Shown: piece by piece, positions 50,824 through 61,367 of the stretch
How the letters are laid out: each line of letters begins with the position of its first letter
Numbering within the stretch: the stretch's first letter is position 1
Assembly: GCA_036630325.1 (NCBI GenBank)
Contig: CP142730.1
Coordinates: forward strand, 186,001-250,000
Source: Vairimorpha necatrix
Taxonomy: Eukaryota
Direction: 5' to 3'
Length of the DNA stretch: 64,000 nt
The notes under the pieces: generated by a model
The model's input: the letters and a program-made list of their open reading frames with translations, nothing else
Databases searched by the model: none
Told to the model about the DNA's origin: nothing
Position numbers and translations under genes: made by a program

Positions 50824-51926
50824 GGTGCATCTTTAGTAACGGCCAGAATTTTACAGTTTTAAAAAATAATTTTTACCCCCCTAAATGGAGAATACAAATT
50901 TTGAAAACTCTGGCCCGTTACTAAAGAAAAGCACCAAAATGCAGCTTGTGCTAATACAAAGACTTTTTCATGACTTAGACGCCTGTTTAGAGTCTTTAGT
51001 GTATTTAGAAGTTCTAAAAGAAGAAAAACCATGCACCAAGTGTGGCTCTATAATGAAGTTAGGGCCTAGGATAGAAGTGGTCGTTACTAGAGGAGCGTAT
51101 CGTTGCATGAATTACAAATGCAATGTCAGGGAAGCTATTAATAAAGGCTGCAAACTGCCATTATTTACTTTTTACGATCTTATCTTTATGATACTGTGTA
51201 GGAACTCTTACTTTCAGATAATGGCGAGATTAGGTATTTCTACTGCTACAATTTCATCGGCTAAAGCAAGGTTAAGAAGTATTTTTAGGAAAACCATCCG
51301 AAATAGAATGGTAATAGGTGGACCGGGTCAAGTTATCCAAGTAGACGAATCCGTAATTTGCAGAAGGGGTAAAATACGGTCCCCTACAAGCGCCGATGAT
51401 TACATAAGGGACACCGTTTGGATCGTAGGCATAATTGATACACAAAACCCTTCAAATTTTTACATTACGAGAGTAGAAAATAGAACGGTTGAATGCCTTA
51501 CAGCCGCTTTAGAGGGAAAAATTGGCGTGGGTTCGGTGCTACACAGTGACGGGCATCCGAGTTATCCTCGTGTTGCCGAGAACTTATGTTTGTATCATCA
51601 TGTCGTTAATCATTCTATAGGATTCTTATCAACTGATGGCATACATACAAATAACATTGAAAACGTCTGGTCACAATTAAAATCAGAGATGACAAAAGAA
51701 CATGGAGTAAAACGGTCTGAAATAGATACTTGGCTAGACGAGTTTATGTTTAGAAAGAAAATGTTGCAAGAAGACGACATAAACGGCTTTTATCATGGAT
51801 TTCTTGATCTATTATCTAAGTTATTGAATTAAAACTGCCTTTTTATATGTTTTTTATGTATTTTTTCTAAATTTTTTGTTTATAAGGGGGGACCCTTACC
51901 TTCTGGCCCGTTACTAAAGATGCACC
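50824..51926 (+). mobile_element. Merlin DNA transposon, family D, apparently intact
   Basis: TIR GGTGCATCTTTAGTAACGG.. and perfect 8-bp TSD CAATTTTT. Confidence 0.96.
50885..51832 (+). CDS. Merlin/ISXO2-like DDE transposase (315 aa, intact)
   Basis: Zn ribbon CTKC..C...C, IQVDES, HSDGHPSY, VNHS, HTNNIENVWSQLK. CCCCC upstream of the ATG. Confidence 0.93.
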   Translation: MENTNFENSGPLLKKSTKMQLVLIQRLFHDLDACLESLVYLEVLKEEKPCTKCGSIMKLGPRIEVVVTRGAYRCMNYKCNVREAINKGCKLPLFTFYDLIFMILCRNSYFQIMARLGISTATISSAKARLRSIFRKTIRNRMVIGGPGQVIQVDESVICRRGKIRSPTSADDYIRDTVWIVGIIDTQNPSNFYITRVENRTVECLTAALEGKIGVGSVLHSDGHPSYPRVAENLCLYHHVVNHSIGFLSTDGIHTNNIENVWSQLKSEMTKEHGVKRSEIDTWLDEFMFRKKMLQEDDINGFYHGFLDLLSKLLN

Positions 51927-53039
51927 CAATTTTTTATGTTTCTCTATTATATATACTAGCTTTACTTTGTTTGCAGGCGATAGATATAATTAGAATTTTT
52001 CAATCGCAAAGAATATTAAGTTCACTCTTGAAGTTTTGTACTTACAATACTGTTGTTTGTGAATTTTAATAATAGATTATTTTCGTCTCGTCGGTATTAT
52101 TATCTCTTCTTAAATATATATATATATATATATATATATACTGTGGTATCCACCAACAAGAAACGTGTCTAAAATATTATAATTTATTTCATTGTATTTG
52201 CTTGCCGTTTCTCTAATCTTCGTTGTCATTGCCGTACCCTTCTAGGGATAAAATATTTAAATAATTGTAGGTGGGAAAACTGAGATTTTTGGAGGAAATG
52301 TTTATAAATATATTTTATGATATTTGGGATTATATAATCTGCCCCATCTTCTACGTTATCATTAGGTGTCAGCAATGTGAATCCATTCATAGATTCCTTT
52401 TACCTTAATCCATCGGTTATTTTTACCAACCGATTCTACTATGTGTGGGCCTGTAAATGCCTTTTCTCATTTTTGAGCTTGGAAGTTTTTTACATACACC
52501 CTATCTCCAATTTTTACTTCTTTGATCCCTTTCCTAAACAGATTATTTTTCCGTATTCTTACTATTTTCTTAATTCGAATTCTACCTTTAGGTTCAAATT
52601 AATTTTTTCTTGTGACTAATTCTTCCGGTGCACAGCCTATTGTTCTTCTAAAGTTTTTCACAGTCTCACCTCGATATTTTCTATTATACTTTCCAGAGTT
52701 TCCTTTTTATATAATCTAATTATTTCTGATATGGTACTATTCGTTCTCTCACTGATCCCATTGCTTTGAGGGGGTATTTGGGTACATGTATAATTTTTAT
52801 GTGATGCTTAATCATAAAGTTTTTAACTTGGTTACTCGTATACTGAGTTCCGTTATCTGTAATTACCTTTTCTGGATGCCGGAACTCCTTGCACCATTTT
52901 TCAAAACATTCTACTACTTTCTTATCTGTAATTTCTCAAAATTGTACGCCTTAGTATATCCGGTGTAAACATCTATAATCGTCAGTATGTACCATTTCTT
53001 ATTGTTTATTTTTGATGGGCCGTATATATCTGAACATAT

Positions 53040-53380
53040 TTGATGTACATTACTACATCACATGAACAGATGTCAAATATGTCATCTTTCCCTGATGTCC
53101 AAAGGCATGACAAGTTTTTCAAGTTCCTGTCAAGATGGGTCACACAAACAAACAAACGAAAGTTGCATGGTCGTTACTACATTCGTAAGTATGCCAATGT
53201 TTGTGTTTAGTGTTGACAACAATTAACAAATTAAAAATAAACTATAAAATAAAGTCTGTCTGTGAAGGTATGGAATATATGGAGTATAAGAGAACTAAAG
53301 AAACCATCAATAAATATAATATTATTAAAAACTATTTAGAACAATATATAAAAATGGCCATGTACCCCGGATACATGACA
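53040..53380. mobile_element. Solo LTR (TGTGATG family) inserted in a Gypsy integrase
   Basis: Homologous to the 37668 copy. TSD CATAT. Confidence 0.85.
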
Positions 53381-54022
53381 CATATTTTTTTAAAGGGGGC
53401 ATTTGCTGTGATTTCTGCTTTATCTTCGAATCTGTGGTAGCTGAATTTTTTGTTGACTTTGCAGTTCTGACAGCTGCTAACCACCTTTTTAATAACTTCC
53501 TTCATTTTATATATATAATAATAATAGTCTTTCAGATCATGGTATAAATCAAACATTCCCGCATGCTTGCTTTTTAAATGCTATTCTTAATAAATCTTTC
53601 GCTTTCACTCGGGGTATGTGTATCTTACTGCTCTTCATTGTTTCCATAACAGATACTTTCTTTTTAGAAGCTTTACTCGCTTTATTTTCTTCATTTATTA
53701 TTACTTGCAGTAATTCTTCTGCTTATGTTCGTGACAGCTGGTCTGCGATTACATTTTCCCCTCTATGCCTTTTAGTTTAAAATTATATTCATTAAGCATC
53801 ATCTTCCATCTTATCATTCTGTTGTCATTATTCTGGATCAAATAGACAATTTCTATTATCGCACATAACTTTTACTGGATAGCCTATAATAATCCCGTTA
53901 AAAAATGTTAAACTCTGTAAAAATGCGAATATTTCTTTTTCGACAATTGTGTAGTTTCTTTCCGTGTCGGTAATTTATTTTGCTATAATAACCAATGCAT
54001 CCGTGCCGTTAAGAAAATAAAG

Positions 54023-55118
54023 GGATCATGGGTATAATACGACATATTGCCACCTAGTGGGTATAATACGACATATCAAAAAAATAAAATTTTCGCAGAT
54101 TTAGATATAAAATAAAAAATAAAGTAAAGATTTTTTATTCAAAAACAAACAGTAACCCAAGCAAAATAGTTAAAGTCCGGCTTCTATATTTATCTTTAAA
54201 CATAATTTTATCGAGATAATATTGCAGCAAGTCATGCTTTATACCTTTCATTTTTTTTGATGTTGTATTTCTGTTTAGCCCAGTATGATTCTACATGTTG
54301 GGTATGAACCTCTGTGTTAGGATTCACAAAGTTAAGAGAATAGTTTACTGTGTGATGCTCGAAACCTAATATTTTCTCTATTTTTTTGTAAGCCGCCCAT
54401 TCATCGCTATATATAATAGTCCCCTCTTTACAAACACTTTTAATTATAGGCAGTAGAGTTTCAGCAGATCTATTAGTTACTACCTTCATATATCCTTTTG
54501 CCGGCATGAAGCTTGTATCGACTATACCGAATACCCATAATTGATGATCTGACGCCCTACCAACATGATATTTCTGCTTGTGACAAAATAAAGATTCGTC
54601 CACTTGGCATACAATTCCAGTTCCTCCAAGCAAAACAGGATCCTCTAATAAGTGGGTTGATACTAAAATACGTAATTTAGAATATTTTTTAGAAACAGTC
54701 TTTCGATTAATTCCATAACTATAAACTGACATTATATTTTTATTCTCTAGCCACTAAATTATAACCGTCCAGACATCAGATAAACTCAATTTAAAATCAT
54801 AAAAAAAAGAATTAGTGCGTATGCTATAAGTCGATAATGCTTTAACACATTTAGAATTATAACATACCCAAGCTCTTCCATCGATTACATCTTTTTTAAT
54901 TCTTTCTGACATATATTCATGACAATACTTACACTTTAAACAAGTAAGTAACAAATTTTTTCTTCTTTATATCTCGATCACATATTCTACTTCGAAGCTT
55001 CGAATTCTTGAAATTTGTTCCAATCTTGAAGTTCTATTTCTCATTTTGAGGGTAAAAAATAAAAAATATTTTTAACGGGTATAATACGACATAATATGTC
55101 GTATTATACCCATGATCC
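54023..55118 (-). mobile_element. Merlin DNA transposon, family E
   Basis: TIR GGATCATGGGTATAATACGACATAT, 8-bp TSD AAATAAAG. Transposase CQVDES, SDEWAAY, HTQHVESYW. Confidence 0.95.
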
Positions 55119-57875
55119 AAATAAAGCTCCCATGGCTTTCTTGGATGCGTCAGTCTGTAAGCAGAATTCTTCTGCGTAATAAGTGGCTACTAATCTCCAT
55201 TTTGCTTAATTTCGCTGACCAAATCCTCAATAATTCCCTATTATTTATCTGTAAGTTCTACTTTTGGGTCGCCTCCTTTCAGTTTATCTGTTAAAGCCAT
55301 AACTTTAGCACTAAAATTCGGAGCAGATTCTCTGTACTGACATGAACCGGAGTAATATCTCCGTTTTTTAAATACATTTCTAAAATATTTGTATTATATT
55401 TTTATTTTTATTTATGTTTGATCTGTTTTTATTGTTATTCTTCATGCTCGGTGTTTTCTAACTTTTTCGGACTATTTATATTTTTTTATGAAACATAACA
55501 TTTCATGTCCGATCGCTAGATATCACCGCCTTTGACTATTCGTTCGAAGCAGTGTTTTACTGATTAAAGTTTTAACATAGTAAAACACAGATGTCATGGT
55601 TTTAGGACATGACATGTACCAGCTTAAGACACCTAAGATTTTCTGTAGCTCTCTACGTTTTGAAATGTCCAATTTTTTCATCAATACTGGTTATGTTAGG
55701 CCTGATTTCTTTTTCATTTATTATAAGTCCCAGCATTTCGACTTCTCTAACACCAAATATACTTTTTTCGAAGTTAATTTTTATTTCGTAACTAGCTAGT
55801 CTATCCAGTACCTCGTTTAGGATCTTTTTATTTTTTTCCTTGGTTGATGTGTAGATTAAGATGTCATCTAAATATACTACTGTTTTGGGTATTTCTGTCA
55901 GTATTTTATTTATAGTCCTTTGAAATAATTTTAGACCTGATTTAATGCCGAACGGGATTCTTGTATATCTTTTTACGTTTCCTAGAATCTTAAAGCTTGT
56001 CATATTTATTGAGTTCTCTTCTATGGGTACTTGGTTAACGCTGTTTTCAGATCGATTTTAGAAAAACACTTGCTCCCTTGACCTCATTCATCACATCTTT
56101 TTTTTGTTAGTAAAAGGTTCAATTCATCAACTATATGTTTGTTTAGTTCCCTATAATCTACTACTAACCTTATTTAATGGTTCTTCTTGGCGATGACAAA
56201 TGCTGGGCTGCCGTACTTACATCCACTGTATTGGATTATTTTCTCTTTCAAGAGTCTCTGTATCTCTTGCTTCGTTGCATCCAGATACTTGTGTGGGATT
56301 GAGTATTTTTTGTTAGTTAGTCTCAAATCCTCTTTGTTGTTGATCTCGAATGATATTTTGTTAATCTTCATTTCTTTATATAAAAAAAAAAGTAACATGT
56401 ACATAAATAATTTAGAAGTGTTTTCGATGCTGACATTCTATTCGTTTATGCAAAAGCATTTCTAAAGTAGTAAATCTCTATTCTCCTCGTAAGGTTGAGG
56501 TAGTCCATTTACCATGTTGATAATCTTTTGATTACAATATATTGTTTATGTAGCAAAATTGAGAAGAATTTGATTTTCGCATAAAAATTCCACCTGTAGA
56601 ATTATATATGCTGATAGTTCTTTATTACGTTTAGTCTTGTTAAGTGTTCAAGATTTAGAATGTTTACCATAATTTTTTCTTCTATTATATCTCCCGACTT
56701 CTCTTGATGGCCGTTTCCAAATATGAAGCTTATTTCTTTATCTTTTCTTGTAATAATTCCTAGTTGATTCGCATTTTTGCACTTATTAGGTTTTTAGTGC
56801 ATCCTGTATCTAATATAGCGATTACCATCTGATCATTAAATAGAAATGAGGAGCAATACTGTTAATACTCCGATTTTTCTTTTTAAATTACCTTACAATG
56901 TGAAAACTGGCGCTCCTTAAATTCAAAATCACAGGGGTTAAAAAAATTAAAAATAAAAAAAACCCAAAACCATTTATTCTAACTGTGATCCGGCATGTAG
57001 CCTGATCCGAAGTAGAAGAGGGCGAGTCTAAACGAACATATTTATTTATATTGTTCTCTTGTTTCTGCTCATCGTAATTGTGGGTTAGGGGTAAATTCCG
57101 TTTAAATAGTTAATTAGATTAACTGTCAAACTATTTGAGATGTAAACAAACAAACAAGAATTCGAAGTTCTACTAAATTAGTAGTACTTCATGTGACATG
57201 CACTTTTCTTACTTCTAGTTTGTGCATGTCAAACATGTTCAATGTTTGTTTACAATGCACCGAGATGTTTGACAGCACCAATGATCATTGTTTAATTGGA
57301 AGCCGTATCGTCAGTGCAGGTCTGCAGCCTGCTACTCTTCCCTCCTTCGAAAGAATCCAATCTCTTGGATCTGACTCTTCAATTTTCATTAGGTCTTTTC
57401 GATTAACTGAGTATCGCTTTCCATTTAAACCTCCAATTTCATAGTTTCCATTCTTCCCCTTTTTTATAACTTTATCGATTGCATCAAAGTTTGCATCTAA
57501 CTTATTCTCTTTTTCAATAAAAATCTTAAATTTCGTATTTGCCATTTCGGCCTTTCTTTCTAACCTTGTAAATAACTTCAAAATTACTGTCAAGGTTATT
57601 TCTTTTTCCTGTTGGTAATTTTTTCTCCTGACGTATTTGTTTAAGTTTATACCCTCCACGTCTTTACCTTTTTTTATTACTTTAATCTCTTTCTCTCTGA
57701 TCTCCTTTTCTTTCGCAATCAGCATCTTTCTGGATTTATTGAGCCTCTCGGCAATCAATCCGTTTTCTTCCAAGATTTCTGGTTCCTCATGGTTGTCCCT
57801 GTTACCATCATAACTTTTCGGCAGTGGTCCTACTAAGTCTATTCCTATTTTATCAGGTAAATTTGTCGGCGGTGA

Positions 57876-58970
57876 GGTTAAGTTCTCGACTTACCCCCCC
57901 CCCCACCCCTAAAAAAAAAAAAAATTATTCCACAATTGTAAAATCTATTTCAGGAATAATATCATATGCTAAAATACTAAAATTACCTATTTCAAAAAAT
58001 TCTAACATTTTATCTAATAGATTTTCACGATATATTAATTTGAATTTATTAATGTAAATCTTTCTTACAAGATTCATAATAGTACTATACTAGTTTCGCT
58101 TTTTCTTAGTTCTCTTTTAAGAACCGACCACATTCCCCCTATAGTCTGAGTATGCGCACCAGTTATATTATCAACAAAATTTTGGCTGTGATTCACAGTC
58201 AAATGTAGATACTCATATTCTACACAGATTGTTTGAATATCACTATATCCACGCCAACAATCTGTCACAATTGTGGTCCCCGGAGCAATTTTTCTTGTTA
58301 TTAATTCAACAAGAGTAGCTCTTGTTCTATTTTCTACGATTTCAAAGAAAAAAGAATTCGCATCCCCCTCACAACGCCTCCAACTGCCCATACTTGATAT
58401 TGAAGAACCCTTCCCGCATGGTTTTTACTTTTTACAAGTAAAGTTTCATAATTTCAACAATACAACCGACGACGTTAATCGTTTTATTGTTTATATATAT
58501 TGAATAGCAGACGTACAAAGCGTTATTAAAACGCGTAAACCATCTTAATGCCGTACATTTACCTATATCAAGTTCATACGTGGCGGCCAAATTACTTGAA
58601 TCCTTTACCCATTCGCAAAGCAATATTAAAAGATCCTCAAAAGGCAATTTTGAGATTTTAAAAATGCTTTGTTTCATTGTGGTTCCTTTGTTAGAACATT
58701 TTTTACCATCACGTCTTGAATAACAACGATAGTTTTTAGTGTTGGTCCGATTTTGAGTTATTGATATATTGCATTTATTGCACATAGGGACCCTCAAAAT
58801 GTTTTTTGCAATTAAAAATTGCATTAACTCATTTTTGTTATAGATGAGTTTTCTAAATTCTTTAATTCTCATTATGGGTCAAATAATTTATTTTTTTATT
58901 TTCCCCTTTTTTAATTTTTTTTAATTTTTTTTTTTTTTTTTGGGGGGGGGGGTAAGTCGAGAACTTAACC
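57876..58970 (-). mobile_element. Merlin family A, second copy (pseudogene)
   Basis: Same TIR as 35865-36956 and a near-identical body. No matching TSD. Confidence 0.93.
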
Positions 58971-60224
58971 AGCAAGGATCTGTATTTCTGCAGGTGCAGT
59001 AGTTATCTGCTGTATCTATTATATGTACCACATCCTTTATTCATGTTTTTAATGTCTTTGTACATTTCTTTCCAACTGATTTCACAAAATGTTAGCATAT
59101 AAGTGGCATTGACTCCTCAGTGGCCACATTTAAGGTGGTTTCTCAACGGGAACTCGATTTTCTCTTCAGCTGTCAGATCCTTGTTCTTCTCCATATCTTT
59201 TGATATCCTTACGCTTCTGCTTAAAGTATCAGCCATCACATTAGGCTTGCATAAGACCACTGGTGATACGTATTGGTTTTCACTCTCCTCTATTACGCTT
59301 TTGTCTAAAAACTTGGTTACTTCCTCCTTGAGAGTTTTGTGTTCTTCCGGAGGTCTCTTGTACTTAGGACATGCTGTAATTTCACTGTCCTCAATTATAC
59401 CCTTTTCAATGAATTTTTTTACTTCTTCTCGGATAATCTTGTGTTCCTCTGGAGACCTTTTATACTTGGGGCATGAAGACACAGTAGCTCCATTTACTAA
59501 TTCAATCGCGCGTCCGATCTCGATATTATTTCAAGAATTATCATCAGTTAATAGTTTAGTATACCTTTCAAGAGTGTCTGTATACTTCCTTCTTAACAGT
59601 GTGTTTTCACATTTGATGTTCTTCATTAATCCCTTCAAATCCGTGTTACTATCTTCCTTCTTTGTAGCAACTTCCGCGTTTAATACAATTCTTTCTTTCA
59701 AAGGCATTGATCTCTTTTTACCGACTTTCTTTTGATTTATTGGAATATAGTCTATCATATTTAACTTTTCAATTTCTTCTATTCCAAGAATTATCGCTTC
59801 ATTCATATCATTAACCACCAATAAAGTAATTGTTTCCGCACCTAGGCGATTATTTGGTTAATTTGTGTTTACATGAGCCTATCACTCTGCTTGTTCCATT
59901 AAAACCTTTTATTTCTCCTTTTTCTTTTGAAATTTCATCGCCCAGCTCTTCCGCTTCTTTTCTACGTATAACTGATACATTAGCTCCGAAGTCCAATAAT
60001 GCTATCATAACTTGATCTTCAAAATTTAACTTTACTCTTGGTCTTCGATCATTTACTTTCAGTAGTTTTGCTGAGATAATTGGAGCTTTCTTTTGCTCAT
60101 TCTTTTTAAATAATTCTTTCTTAAGAGGCTTTGGATCGGGGCTGACTCTTGTCTCGTTACCCCTGTAGTCTATTTTTTTCACTATTTTTATTTCTATATT
60201 TAATTTTATTTTTATATTGTTTTT

Positions 60225-61367
60225 GGTGCATCTTTAGTAACGTGCCGGGATTTTGTTTTTTTAAAAAATATTTTTTACCCCTAAAATGGAAAACATCGAT
60301 TTAGAAAACTCCGGAACGTTACTAAAGAAAAGCACAAAAATGAAACTTGTGTATATACAAAGGCTTTTCCATAACGTTGACACCTGTTTAGAAGCTTTAA
60401 TTGACTTGGAAGTGCTGAAGGAGCAAAAATCATGTTCCAAATGTGGATGTAACATGAGTTTGGGTCCTTTCAAGGAAGAAATCGTTATAAGAGTAGCATA
60501 TCGCTGTTCGAACTACAAATGCAGTGCGAGGCTGGCTGTTAATAAAGGCTGCAAGGTCCCTATTCAAACATTCTGTGACCTTGTATTTGGAATATTATGC
60601 AGATATTCTTACTTTCAGATGATGGCAAGATTAGGCGTTTCAACAGCTACAATCTCTGTCGTCAAAAGCAGCCTCCGAAAGATCTATAAAGATATGCTAA
60701 AGAATAGAATTATAATCGGAGGACCCGGGCAATTCGTTCAAGTAGATGAGTCTGTTATATGCAGAAGGGGTAAAATAAGATCTCATACCTCTTCGGACGA
60801 CTTTATAAGGGACACCGTTTGGATTTTAGGCATAATAGATGCTCAAAATCCTTCAAACTTCTACATTACGAGGGTAGAGAATAGAACCATTGAGTGCCTT
60901 ACTGCTGCTCTAGAGGGTAGAGAATAGAACCCTCGAGTGCCTTACTGCTGCTCTAGAGGAAAGAATTGGTGTTTGTTCGGTTTTACATAGCGATGGTAAT
61001 CCTAGTTATCCGGGGTGGCAGAAAATTTATGTCTAAGTCATCAAGTTGTTAATCATTCTATATGTTTTTTATCTCCTGGTGGTATTCATACAAATAATAT
61101 TGAGAACGTATGGTCTCAACTTAAGTCTGAAATGACCAAAGAACATGGAGTAAAACGGTCGGAGATAGATACATGGCTCGATGAATTTATGTGCAGACAA
61201 TTTATGCTTCGAGAAGATGATATGTGAGACTTCTATAAGGGTTTTGTTGATCTTTTATTTAAACTACTGAATTAAATAAGCATTTTTTATCGTTTTCGTA
61301 TTTTTTTCAAAATTTTGTCTGTAAGGGGGGGGCGTGTTACCTTCCGGCACGTCACTAAAGATGAACC
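60225..61367 (+). mobile_element. Merlin family D, second copy, disrupted by a ~43-bp tandem duplication at ~60870-60960
   Basis: TIR GGTGCATCTTTAGTAACG, TSD TTGTTTTT/TTCTTTTT (7/8). ORF homologous to 50885-51832. Confidence 0.93.

Noticed and set aside
59103-59735. 210-aa plus-strand ORF and other antisense ORFs over TE genes
   Set aside because: Shadow ORFs opposite Gypsy or LINE coding sequence.
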